A stretch of 49,753 nt of DNA, the filler included, from Jimgerdemannia flammicorona (taxonomy: Eukaryota), in assembly GCA_003990765.1 (NCBI GenBank). It is 2 parts of 2 records of this genome, joined end to end, with 100 filler letters (N's around TTAATTAATTAA, not from the genome) between each part and the next. Parts side by side here need not be neighbours in the genome. Positions count along the whole stretch, not along the records: positions 1 to 24,827 come from RBNJ01000918.1; 1 more part is not named here. One strand, written 5' to 3'. Positions 1 through 11,258 of the stretch are shown piece after piece. A program made the translations under genes and the position numbers. Below the pieces are notes generated by a model that was not told the DNA's origin, did no database searches, and saw nothing but the letters and a program-made list of their open reading frames with translations. Each line of letters opens with the position of its first letter. Position 1 is the stretch's first letter.

Positions 1-2
1 AG

Positions 3-140
3 GATATGGAGGAGGAGGATATAGAGGAAAGTGGTTCGGAATATATTGAGGAAGATGGTTTGGAATATGAGAAGGAGGAGGATCAGTTGGTTTATAGCAA
101 TGAAGAGGAGGATCAGTTGGTTTATAGCGATGAAGAGTAA
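3..140 (+). CDS. C-terminal acidic tail of an ORF entering from outside the window (possibly a transposase)
   Basis: Open frame DMEEEDIEESGSEYIEEDGLEYEKEEDQLVYSNEEEDQLVYSDEE* with a 30-bp internal duplication; TAA at 138-140. Confidence 0.45.
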   Translation, partial: DMEEEDIEESGSEYIEEDGLEYEKEEDQLVYSNEEEDQLVYSDEE

Positions 141-385
141 GATCTGTTCACACCGGTAAGTTCTTTATTTTCCTGATTTACTTCCTATTTATTTCCGATT
201 TCATTTTGATTTCTGATTCCTAATTATGTTTCTGTTTGTTTATTCTAAATATATCTTAGATGTGCAATATATTTTTTTTGGTGCCTTGTAGCTTAAAGGC
301 GGATTAAAGACAGGTCTGTATCAGGTTAAATACATGTCAGGGTCGGGTCACGTATATTTCTCAGGTCGGGTCACATATATTTCTC

Positions 386-632
386 GGGTTGGGTTAAAGA
401 TGGGTTACGTATAATTCCAGATCGGGTTAAAGACGGGTGACATACGTTTCCAGGTTGGGTTAAAGATGGGTGACATATAATTCTGGGTCGGGTTAAAGAC
501 GGGTGACGTATTATTCCGGGTCGGGTTAAAGACGGGTGATATATTATTCTGGATCGGGTTAAAGACAGGTGACGTATAATTCCGGGTTGGGTTAAAGATG
601 GGTGACATATAATTCCGGGTCGGGTTAAATAT
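386..632. repeat. 33-bp tandem minisatellite (about 7 units, consensus near GGGTCGGGTTAAAGACGGGTGACGTATAATTCC)
   Basis: Direct 33-nt periodicity; shorter degenerate units extend back to about 296. Confidence 0.9.
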
Positions 633-664
633 GTACACGGGTCGGCTCAGGTTGCGATGCACTA

Positions 665-1323
665 CCTGCCCCTGTGGAGATAAGTTTCATCGTGGCCATC
701 TCCTCAGGTGCGGTCTTCTTGGCGGTTCATATTCTGCTTTCCGAGGTTCTTCAGATCGAGATGAACAGCTCGACTGGTTTACCAGTAATGAATGGCAGGA
801 AGAACTTCGTGCCTACCCTCTTCACACTCTCCACGAGACAGCCTACCATGCCATAGATGCCATGTGTAACTCTGGTGGCCATCTTGCGGTCGGGTTCTGC
901 TTGACCGAGATTATGAAGATACTTGGGTGATTGAGCGATCGCACATTTTCCTCACTTCTTTCTTTCCCCTCATTTACCCTGGTTGGTTCTCACGTTGTTG
1001 AGAGCATGTTGAGTTATTCATCTCATATCAGTCGTTTGGTGTTTAGTTGTCGATACAGTTCTTGTAGTAGGTGCCAGGCGAATGTGTATTATATCTTAGC
1101 CTTTCTTTTCTTTGCTTTTTGCATTTATTATCTCTATGGCCATGACAAAATGGTTTTATCCAGCCCGTCCATAGGGTGGTCACCTCTCTGGCCTTTGTTT
1201 TGTACTTCTTAGCTAGTTGTTTACTTCGCTGGCCTCGTTTTGCTTTCCTCATCTTAGGAGTCTTTGTCTTTTGTTGCTCCGATATACCTTTCTCCTCTAC
1301 AATGAATAAATTCTTACTTGAAG
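665..1323 (+). mobile_element. Telomere-associated LINE copy 0 (3' fragment: ORF2 C-terminus with CCHC knuckle, plus 3' UTR)
   Basis: Near-identical to 5830-6493. Encodes CPCGDKFHRGHLLRC, stop at 928-930, AATAAA at 1305-1310, and ends TTCTTACTTGAAG. Confidence 0.92.
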
Positions 1324-1339
1324 CCTAACCCTAACCTAA
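1324..1339 (+). repeat. Telomeric repeat spacer CCTAACCCTAACCTAA
   Basis: C-strand of (TTAGGG)n between copies 0 and 1. Confidence 0.9.
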
Positions 1340-1345
1340 GCCCCT

Positions 1346-1498
1346 CACGTGATTTCCCCATTTGGCTAGACTCGGCTTTACGGCCCGAAGGTATTCCAAA
1401 TTAAGAAAGCAGTCACTTTGATTAGCTAAGCCTCTCATCAGGTATAAATACCCCTCTTTCACATTATTTTTTCATTGCACAAACAAAGGTCACGTGAC
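1346..1498 (+). promoter_or_regulatory. Candidate internal promoter of the LINE
   Basis: CACGTG at 1346-1351, TATAAA at 1443-1448 within a GGTAT/ATACC inverted repeat, and palindrome GTCACGTGAC at 1489-1498. The TATA element is kept in all four copies that have a 5' end. Confidence 0.4.
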
Positions 1499-1552
1499 TC
1501 GTATTTCACAATTTCACAAACACAAACAAATACACCTTTGCCTATTTCGGCA

Positions 1553-3051
1553 ATGTCGGCCACCTCCTCCGTCGTCGGTGATGATGGCAACGCCACCTGC
1601 CTCTTCGCGTGCTTCGGCGCCTCTCTTCGCTACGCTGAATGTCGCGGCGTCGGTCTTCTCTCCCTTGGCTTCAGCAAGGGTAGCCTTATGGTGATGTGCA
1701 GGTCTTGCGGGAATGCATGACTGATATCGTCGTATTTATCTTCCCTGCGTGATGCGGAAGATGACGAAGAGATCACGATCTCTTCCGATTCGGACCATGA
1801 TGCCCAGCACTCCCCCTACTCTCCCACGCCCCCGCCCCTCAATCGGAATAAGCGTGGTCACCCAAACACTAGTTTGAGAATGACCCCGACAGCTGGTCAT
1901 GCAGGCCCCTCAACCGACCCCGATCTGGTCATGGAGATGGCCATGATGAGGAAGCAGATCTCGGATTTGCTGACTCAAGTGGCCGAACTGGCCAAGATCA
2001 ATGCCCAGCTGATGGCGCAGCTTGCTGCGCGTCATGCGCCCACTGCCCCCTCGTCATCTGGTGCTCCCTCGGGAAGCACCCCCACTGTCCCTTCCACATC
2101 CGCCCCCCCCAAGTCCTCGGCCCCCCCTCCTACTGGTCTTGCCACGAACACGCGGTCGAAGGCCCAGAAGTGAGCGGACAAGCGGGCCGTTAAAGCCGCC
2201 GCATCGCAGTCTGGTACACCGCCGAAGGAGGCAACTCCCACGGCTGTGCCTCCAGCTGCTAAAGCCACGCCCCCTAAAAAGGGCAAGGCCAAGGCTCCCG
2301 GGCTAGTGCCCCAGGTTACGCCTGTGGGACCCAGTGCCGCCGGTCCATCTTCATTCTCCGCTTCGACCCCTGCCCCCCCCAAATCATATGCCACCACCGC
2401 CAAGAAGGTCTCTATCAAGGATAGGACCCAGGCCTACTCTGAGACAGAAAGGGCAGCTGCTGCTGCTGCCCTTTCGCGCATGACCCACAAGTCGACCTCT
2501 CATTTGTCGCCGACTGAGAAGGGTGCTAGGCTGCAGCCCGTCTACATTGACAGGTTTGCCCATCTAAAGATCGGGCAGATCTGGAAGAACTTGTATGACG
2601 TCCATGTGATGTTGTCAAAAGTTCTCAACATCTCGTACGTCTCGGCGTCGACTATTGAATTCCTTCTCCGCCCTGATTATGTCACGGCGTTCCAAAAGAA
2701 GATGAAGGTGCTCGGGTTCTCGGTGCTGTCGGCCTGGGACCCGCGCTCCCACGCAACAAAAACGGCACGGAGGCCGTGAAGACATGAGTCCTCCAATCAT
2801 TCTATGCTCGGGTCTGGCAGTTGGCTGGCGAAGCCACTGCAAAGAGGCCCGAGGTGCAGACCTTCTACCGAGCTTGGGCCGCGGAACTTGGCCTTACTCT
2901 TCCTTCCATTGTCTCCCCATCGGCCGGCCCTGCTTCGAAGACAGGTGGTACTGTGGCCATGATAGGTAACATGGCAATGGATTTGGAAGCTGAAGCTTCC
3001 GCCTCAGGTGCTTCTCACACTATTGGTGCTAACGTGCCCGGCCCACAATGA
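1553..3051 (+). pseudogene. LINE ORF1, copy 1 (about 499 aa when repaired)
   Basis: MSATSS start; two CxxC pairs in the consensus (CAEC...CRSC); heptad coiled coil MRKQISDLLTQVAELAKINAQL; Pro/Ala/Lys linker; conserved C-terminal domain. CGA>TGA stops at 1718 and 2171 and a 1-bp frameshift near 2740. Confidence 0.85.
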
Positions 3052-6000
3052 GAGTCGGGTTCCTCAATGCACACAGACTACCCCAGGACAAGTTCGATGT
3101 GCTCAGTCATTTGATTGGTCCTGCCATTGACATTCTCTTCATATGTGAAACGTGGCACATTCTGCTGCATCCCTCTCCGCTCATTCACATGTCCTCCCCT
3201 CTGGTGTTGCACAGGATCATTGGTCACCAGAATGGTGGTCTCGTGGTCCTTGTGTCAAACCATTTCGCCCCCCTTATTTCCGGGTCCTCTGCCGACCCCT
3301 TCCATATCCGACTCATGTTCCAGAGCCTGGCTTTGGTTGGGGTTTACCCCCCCCCCTCTCTTCCCATTGTTGGCTTCCGCAATCTGGTGTCTGGACCCTT
3401 CCCGGGTAAGGCCCTTTTGATCGGTGACATCAATACCTGTTTCGGTGCCTGCTTTGGTGACATCAACTCTGGTCCTCACAATCAGATGGATGTCGTCGAC
3501 ACCTCCCTGATGACATAGTCATTGAACCACCTGACCCCGGTGGCTGGATCTATATGCATTGATCACGTGTTCGCCACCGCGTCCCTCCACGCGTCCCTCA
3601 CCTGCTCTACCCCTCCTGTCGCCACTGACCACCCCTCCCTCCTCACCATCTCCTTCTCCTTCTCTCTCTCGCCGGTTGCTGCCTTGGCTGGCATCCGTCG
3701 TTACTCTGCGAGATACCTGACTGACCCGGTCGTTCAAGCTCACCTTCGGGAATCAGCGGATATCATTTGCGATACCGTTATCAGGTCTATCTACTCCGTT
3801 AGAGACCACATCGCTGGCTTTCACTCTGTGGATGATCGCCAGCAGTTTGTGGATTCCCTTGATGCTTTTTTGACCTCTGGTCTGCAGTCTGTCTATGAGG
3901 ACATTCTTGGCTCATATGATGCAAGAGATATTAGAGCAGTGCCACTCCCTAGGTGTGACCTCCTTCGCAGTGCATCCTCGGTCTCTGATGCCATCCGTGG
4001 TTTTAAGCGAGCGTACCGCTCCACCCCCTCCGCACCCCTTCAGTCCCGCTCTACCAATGTCCCAGTGTTCGATGATGTGGTTGCTCACTTTACCACTATC
4101 TTTGGCCAGCCGGACGCCTCCCTCCGCCTCGATGACTCTGAAGATGTCTTTCTCCTCGACGTGGGCACTCTTGGGCTGCAGTCTTGGTTTGACCAACCTG
4201 CGGTTTGGAGGGCTGTCCGCAGCTACCCACTATCAAAGGCGTGTGGTGCCGACTCCTTGCATGTCCGAATCCTTCGGGTGATGGCAGGTGAGAAGGACAC
4301 CCCCTATAGCCTTTTGAAGGCCCTCTCGTTCTTCTTCCAGATGTGCATGGTTTGGGGGCTCACTCCCCACCACTGGAACTCAGCCATCATCACCCCGGTC
4401 CCGAAGAAGGAGGAATCATGAATGATTGATGGATTTCGCCCTATTGCTCTGACTGAAATGTTTTGTAGACTCTTCGAGCGGTGTTTGGAAGGATATGTCA
4501 AGAGCCGAAGCGGCCTGACAGAAATGTCGCACTGCCAAGGCAGCTTCCGAACCCGCTTCTCGTCCCTTTCTCATGTCTTGCTTTTGCACGAGATGTGGGC
4601 TAAGGGATGGGGCTGCCATATCTTCTTGGACCTCCGGCAGGTGTATGATCGAGTCCCCCTCAAGTGCATTCTTTCTTGCCTTGAGGCGCGAGGTGCCGAT
4701 GCAGCCCTCCTTAGCATTATCCGAAGCCTGTTCAATCACTGCTCTTATCAGGTGGTTGTTAATGGCCTCATCACCCCTTCGGTCCCCACTGAGTGCAGCC
4801 TCTTCAAGGACTCCCTCCTCTCCCCTTGGCTCTTTGATGTCTTTATCGACCCCCTCGCCGCCTCTTTTGATGAACAGTTCAAGGAGTACGACTTCCCCCT
4901 CGGGCTTTTCTTCGCTGATGATATCGCCCTTACCCCCCGTACTGCCGCGGAAGGGCAAAGGATGGTTGACTTCTGTGAGGATTGGCTTCAGGTGAACGGT
5001 ATGGAGCTCAATCCCAAGAAGTGTGGTTATGTCAGCCCAGCAGACTGTACTGTGCTGATTGGGGGTGAACTCTGCCCGCGACCCACCTCCTACGTATACC
5101 TGGGTGTACCGTACACCAACAAAGGGTTTGACTTTGTCATCCTCGCGTTGCAGAATGCGGCAAAGGCGGAACGAACCCTTGGGTTCTGCCTTGCCCGTGG
5201 TCCTCTCTGGTTGCCAATGGTCAAGTTGGCCATCGTACGAACATTCATCAGACCTCAGCTGGAGTATGGCCTCCCCCTCCTACGAGCCTCCTGTCCGGCT
5301 ACTACCACGGGGCTTCAGGTGTTGAAGTGTCCCGAGCAGGTCTTTGATGATGCTGTCGCTTGGGCAGTTGGATTTTCCGGCCGTCCCTTGCTTGGCAGTT
5401 CGATTCTCGGCCTCCCTTCCTTCCTTTGTCACATGTCTGACCTCTGCTGCATGTTCCAAGCCTATCTGGATTGGTGTAGCAAGTCGGGCAACAACCCCAT
5501 CGGCCCTCTTAGCGAGCACTTTGTCACGCATCCCCTGGGTTCTATCATTGATAAGTTCCGGCGTTGGACCTCCTGGCTTGACTTCCTCGACTAGTACTGG
5601 GACCTCCGTCCCCAGGTCCACAAGACTCACTCGCTCTGCTCCTTCCTCCAGTCCTTTCTCCGGGATCAGCTGCTGCAGGAATGGGCCTCCTCCTCCCAGG
5701 CTCTCATTCGGTATATTACCCCCAAAGGCCATTTACGGTCGCGGGGCGCCGATCGCGTCCTTTCCTTCCCCCCCCGGCTTGTGCATTCTGCCCTCGCCTG
5801 GCGCTATGGCTACTTTGGCCAACCCCGCCCCTGCCCCTGTGGAGATAAGTTTCATTGTGACCATCTCCTCAGGTGCGGTCTTCTCGATGGTTCGTATTCT
5901 GCTTTCCGAGGTTCTTCAGATCGAGATGATCAGCTCGACTGGTTTACCAGTGACGAATGGCAGGAAGAACTTCGTGCCTACCCTCTTCATACTCTTCATG

Positions 6001-6095
6001 AGACAGCCTGCCATGCCATAGATGCTATGTGTAATTCTGGTGGCCACCTCGCGGTCGGGTTCTGCCTGACCGAGATTATGAAGATGCTTGGGTGA
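3048..6095 (+). pseudogene. LINE ORF2, copy 1: APE endonuclease + reverse transcriptase + CCHC (1015 aa, one frame)
   Basis: APE motifs FLNAH, DILFICETW, LIGDIN, IDHVF, TDH. RT motifs PVPKK, FRPIAL, FLDLRQ.YDRV, LSPWLF, FFADDI, LNPKKC, YVYLG. C-terminal CPCGDKFHCDHLLRC. Only three in-frame stops (3516, 4419, 5592), all single transitions. Confidence 0.95.
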
Positions 6096-6493
6096 TCGAG
6101 CAATCGCACATTTTCTTTACTTCTTTCTTTCCCCTCATTTGCCCTGGTTGGTTCCCCCCGTTGTTGAGAGCGCATTGAGTTATCATCTCATATTAGTCGT
6201 TTGGTGTTTAGTTGTCGATACGGTTCATGTAGTTGGTACCGGGTGAATGTGTATTATATCTTAGCCTTTCTTTTCTTTGCTTTTTGCATTTATTATCTCT
6301 ATGGCTCTGACAAAATGGTTTTATCCAGCCCATCCATAGGGTGGTCACCTCTCTGGCCTTTGTTTTGTACTTCTTAGCTACATAGTTGTTTACTTCACTG
6401 GCCTTGTTTTGCTTTTCTCATCTTAGGAGTCTTTGTCTTTTATTGCTCCGATGTATCTTGTCTTCTCTACAATGAATAAATTCTTACTTGAAG

Positions 6494-6503
6494 CCTAACC
6501 TTA
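6494..6503 (+). repeat. Degenerate telomeric spacer CCTAACCTTA
   Basis: Between copies 1 and 2, in the same phase as the other junctions. Confidence 0.75.
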
Positions 6504-6716
6504 GCCACTCACGTGATTTCCCCATTTGGTTAGACTCAGCTTTACAGCCCGAAGCTATTCCAAATTAAGAAAGCAGTCACTTTGATTAGCTAAGCCTCTC
6601 ATCGGGTATAAATACCCCCCTTCCCCATTATTTTTTCGTTGCACAAACAAAGGTCACATGACTCATATTTCACAATTTCACAAAAACAAACAAACACACC
6701 TTCGCCTATTCCGGCA

Positions 6717-8214
6717 ATGTCGGCCACCTCCTCCGTCGTCAGTGATGATGGCAATGCCACCCACCTCTTTGCATGCTTCGTCGCCTCTCTCCGCTGCGCT
6801 GAATGTCGCGGCATCAGTCTCCTCTCCCTCGGCTTCGGCGAGAGTAGCCTTACGGCGATGTGCAGGTCGTGCGGGGATGCACGACCGATCTCATCGTATT
6901 TATCTTCCCTGCGCAATGTGGAAGATGACAAAGAGATTGCGATCTCTTCCGATTCAGACCACGACGCCCAGTGCCCCCCCTACTCTCCCATGCCACCGCC
7001 CCTCAATCGGAACAAGCGCGGTCGCTGGAACACTAGTTTGGGAATGACCCCGACAGCCGCTCGTGTGGGCCCCTCAGCCGACCCCAATCTGGTCACGGAG
7101 ATGGCCGCGATGAGAAAGCAGATCTCTGACCTGCTGACTTAGGTAGCCAAACTGGCCAAGATCAATGCCCAGCTGATGGCGCAGCTTGCTGCGCATCATG
7201 CACCCACCACCCCCTCATCATCTGGTGCTCCTTCGGGAAGTACCCCCGCTGCCCCTTCCACATCCGCCCCCCCCAAGTCCTCGGCCCCCCCTTCTACTGG
7301 TCCTGCCGCGAACATGCAGTTGAAGGCCCAGAAGCGAGCGGACAAGCGGGCTGCTAAAGCCGCCACGTCACAGTCTGTGCGCCACCAAAGGAGACAACTC
7401 CCATGGCTGTGCCCCAGCCGCTAAAGCCGTGCACCCTAAAAAGGGCAAGGGCAAGGTCTCCGGGCCAGTGCCCCAGGTTATGCCTGTGGGACCCAGTGCC
7501 GCCGGTCCATCTTCATCCCCTGTTTCGACCCTCGCCCCCCCCAAATCATATGCCGCTGCCACCAAAAAGGTCTCTATCAAGGATAGGACCCAGGCCTACC
7601 CCGAGACGGAAAGAGCAGCTGCTGCCGCCGCCTTTTCACGCATGACCCACAAGCCAACCTCTCATTTGTCACTGACTGAGAAGGGCACTAGGCTGCAGCG
7701 TGTTTACATCGATGGATTTGCCCATCTGAAGATCGGGCAGATCCGGAAGACCTTGTACGACATACATGTGATATTGTCAAAGGTCCTTAACATGTCGTAC
7801 GTCTTGGCGTTGACCATCGAATTCCTGCTCCACCCTGATTATGTCACGGCATTCCAAAGGAAGATGAAGGCACTCGGGTTCTCGGTGCTGTTGGCCTGGG
7901 ACTCTGCGCTCTCATGCAACAAGAACGCCACAGAGGCTGTGAAGACACGGGTACTCCAATCATTCCATGCTCGGGTCTGGCAATTGGCAGGCAAAGCCAC
8001 TGTGAAGAGGCCCGAGGTGCAGAGCTTCTAATGAGCTTGGGCCGCGGAACTCGGCCTCACTCTCCCCTCCCTCGCCTTCCCGCTAGCCGGCCCTGCTTCG
8101 AAGGCAGGTGGTACTGTGGCAGTGACGGGTGAAATGGTGATGGATCTGGAAGCTGAAGCTTCCACCTCAGGTGCTTCCCATGCTGTTTGTGCTAACGTGC
8201 CCAGCCTACAATGA
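6717..8214 (+). pseudogene. LINE ORF1, copy 2
   Basis: Homologous to 1553-3051; stops at 7140 and 8029, frameshift near 7380. Confidence 0.85.
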
Positions 8215-11200
8215 GAGTCGGGTTCCTCAATGCATACGGACTACCCCAGGACAAGTTCGATGTGCTCAGTCAGTTTATTGGTCCTGCCCTCGACATTCTT
8301 TTCGTATGTGAAACATGGCACATTCCGCTGCGTCCCTGTCCGCTCATTCACATGTCCTCACCTCTGGCATCATACAGGATCATGGGTCACCAGAATGGTG
8401 GTCTCGTGGTCCTTGTGTCAAACCATTTCGCCCCCCTCATTTCCGGGTCCTCCGCTGACCCCTTCCATATCCGGCTCATATTCCAGGGCTTGGCTTTGGT
8501 TGAGATTTACACCCCCCCCTCTCTTCCCATTGGTGGCTTCCGTGATCTGGTGTCTGGACCCTTCCCGGGTAAGGCCCTTTTGATCGGTGACATCAATACC
8601 CGCTTCGGTGCCCGCCTTGGTGACGTCAACTCTGGTCCTCACGATCGGATGGATGTCGTCGACACCTCTCTGATGACGTGGTCGTTGAACCACCTGACCC
8701 CGGTGGCTGGATCTATATGCTTTGACCATGTGTTTGCCACTGCGTCCCTCTACACATCCCTCACCTGCTCCACCCCTCCTGTCGCTACCGACCACCCCTC
8801 CCTCCTCACTGTCTCCTTCCCCTTCTCCCCCTCACTGGTTGCTGCCCTGGCTGGCATCCATTATTACTCTGCAAGGTACCTGACCGATCCGGTCATTCAA
8901 GCTCACCTTCGGGAATCAGCGGATATCATTTGCGATACCATTATCAGGTCTATCTACTCTGTTAGGGACCACATTGCTGGCTTTCGCTCTGTGGATGATC
9001 GCCAGCAGTTTGTGGATTCTCTTGATGCTCTTTTGACCTCTGGTCTACAGTCTGTTTGTGAGGACATTCTTGGCTCATATGACGCAAGAGAAATCAGAGC
9101 AGCGCTGCTCCCTAGGCGAGACCTCCTCCGCAGTGTATTCTCAGTCTTGAATGCCATTCGTGGTTTTAAGCGAGCATACCGCTCCACCCCCTCCGCACCC
9201 CTCCAGTCCCGCTCCCCCAATGTCCCGGTATTCGACGACGTGATTGTTCACTTTATTACTATCTTCGGCCAACCAGAAGCCTCCCTCCATCTCGATGACT
9301 CAGAAGATGTCTTCCCCCTCGGCGTGGGTGCTCTTGAGCTGCAGTCTTGGTTTGACCAACCTATAGTTTGGAGGGCTGTCCGCAGCTACCCCCTCTCGAA
9401 GGTATATGGTGCCGACTCCTTGCATGTCCGGATCCTTCAGGTGATGACAGGTGAGAAGGATGCCCCCTGTAGCCTTTGGAAGGTCCTCTTGTTCTTCTTC
9501 CAGATGTGTGTAGTTTGGGGGCTCACTCTCTGCCACTGGAACTCAGCCATCATCACCCTGGTCCCCAAGAAGGAGGAATCGCAAATGATCGATAGATTTC
9601 GCCCTATTGCTCTGGCTGAAATGTTTCGTAGACTCTTCGAGCGATGTTTGGAAGGATACATCAAGAGCCGAAGTGGCCTGACAGAAATGTCATGCTACCA
9701 AGGTGGCTTCCAAACCCGCTTCTCATCCCTATCTCATGTCTTGTTATCGCACGAGACGTGGGCTAAGGGATGGGGCCGCTATGTCTTTTTGGACCTCCGG
9801 CAGGTGCAAGATCGAGTCCCCCTCAAGTGCATCCTTTCTCGCCTTGAGGCACAAGGTGCCGATGCAGCTCTCCTTAGTATTATTCGAAGCCTGTTCAATC
9901 ACTGTTCTTATTAGGTGGTTGTTAATGGCCTCGTCACACCTTCAGTCCCCACTGAGCATGGCCTCTTCCAGGACTCCCTCCTCTCCCCTTGGCTATTTGA
10001 TGTCTTTATCGATCCCCTCGCCACCTCTTTTGATGAGCAGTTTAAGGTGTACGACTTCCCCCTCAGGCTTTTCTTTGCTGATGACATCACCCTTACCCCC
10101 CGCACTACCGCGGAAGGGCAAAGGATGGTTGATTTCTGTGAGGATTGGCTCCAGGTGAACGGTATGGAGCTCAATCCCAAGAAGTGTGGTTATGTTGGCC
10201 CGGCTGACTGTACTGTGCTGATTGGGGGCGAACTCTGCCCACGACCCACCTCCTACGTGTACCTGGGCATGCCGTACACCAACAAAGGGTTTGACTTTGT
10301 CAACCTTGCATTGCAGAATGCGGCGATGGCGGAACGAACTCTTGGTTTCTGCCACACTTGTGGTCCCCTCTGGTCGCCAATGGTCAAGTTGGCCATCATA
10401 CGAACATTCATCAGGCCTCAGCTGGAGTATGGCCACTCTCTTCTACGAGCTTTCTGTCCAGCTACTACCACGGGGCTTCAGGTGTTAAAGCATCCCGAGC
10501 AGGTCTTTGATGATGCTGTCGCTTGGGCGGTTGGATTTTCCGGCCGTCCCTTGCTTGGCAGCTCGATTCTTGGCCTCTCTTCCTTCCTTTGTCATATGTC
10601 TAACCTCTGCTGCATGTTCTAAGCCCACCTGGATTGGTGTAGCAAGTCGGTCAACAAACCTATCGGTCCCCTTAGCGAGTGCTTTGTCACGTGTCCCCCA
10701 GGTTCTATTATTGACAAGTTCCGGCATTGGACCTCTTGGCTTGACTTCCTCAACTGGTACTGGGACCTTCGTCCCCAGGTCCACAAGACTCACTCGCTCC
10801 GCTCCTTCCTCCAGTGCTTCCTTTGGGATCAGTTGCTGTAGGAATGGGCCTCCTCTTCCCAGGCTCTCGTTTGGTATATCACTCCCAAAGGCCACTTGCG
10901 GTTGAGGGATACCGATCATGTCCTCTCCTTCCCCCCCCGGCTTGTGCATTCTGCCCTTGCTTGGCATTATGGCTACTTTGGTCAACCCCGCCCCTGCCCC
11001 TGTAGAGATAAATTTAATTGTGGCCATCTCCTCAGGTGCAGTCTTCTCAATGGTTCGTATTCTGCTTTCCGAGGTTCTTCCGATCATGATGAACAACTCG
11101 ATTGGTTTTCCAATAACGAATGGCAGAAAGAACTTTATGCCTACCCTCTTCACGCTCTTCACGAGACAGCCTACCATGCTATAGACACCATGTGTAATTC

Positions 11201-11258
11201 TGGTAGCCACCTCGCGGTCGGGTTTTGCCTGACTGAGATTACGAAGATGCTTGGGTGA
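8211..11258 (+). pseudogene. LINE ORF2, copy 2 (APE-RT-CCHC)
   Basis: Same 3048-nt length as copy 1; 567-aa open stretch, then stops including CAG>TAG at 9912 and CAA>TAA at 10620; FFADDI retained. Confidence 0.93.

Larger units (their letters stand above)
1..664 (+). mobile_element. Probable right end of a hAT-like DNA transposon inserted into the first LINE copy
   Basis: The end reads TAGTGCATCGCAACC on the minus strand, matching the hAT terminal consensus YARNG. It is preceded by subterminal GGGTCGGGTT repeats and an acidic ORF tail, and abuts LINE ORF2 mid-sequence at 665. The other end is outside the window. Confidence 0.45.
1340..6493 (+). mobile_element. Telomere-associated APE-RT non-LTR retrotransposon copy 1 (full length, least decayed)
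   Basis: About 210-bp 5' UTR, ORF1, overlapping ORF2 and about 400-bp 3' UTR; CCCTAA tracts on both sides; no LTRs and no poly(A). Confidence 0.95.

Noticed and set aside
386..632. CRISPR-like periodicity
   Set aside because: The units are contiguous tandem repeats with no unique spacers, there are no cas genes, and the context is eukaryotic.
405..662. 85-aa ORF with SPVFNPTRN repeats
   Set aside because: It is the translation of the 33-bp minisatellite; nothing else supports coding.
1135..1195. HDV-like ribozyme in the conserved 3' UTR stem (TGGCCA...CCC GTCCATA GGG TGGTCA)
   Set aside because: Some pairing is possible, but the P1.1 GG and the P4/catalytic C arrangement are absent; at most an RT-recognition hairpin.
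1360..1441. Antisense hammerhead core (CTGATGAG) or U2 snRNA-like sequence in the 5' UTR
   Set aside because: CTGATGAG occurs only in copy 1 (the others read CCGATG or CCAATG), there is no correctly placed GAAA, and the U2 resemblance is only a few bases.
3048..6095. Penelope-like (Coprina/Athena) or MoTeR identity
   Set aside because: There is a clear N-terminal APE domain and LINE-type RT motifs; I see no GIY-YIG or C-terminal REL nuclease.
931..6493. LTR retrotransposon interpretation (repeated 3' UTR blocks flank each coding region)
   Set aside because: No TG...CA ends, primer-binding site, protease or integrase; the RT is non-LTR type with APE; the repetition comes from tandem whole units.
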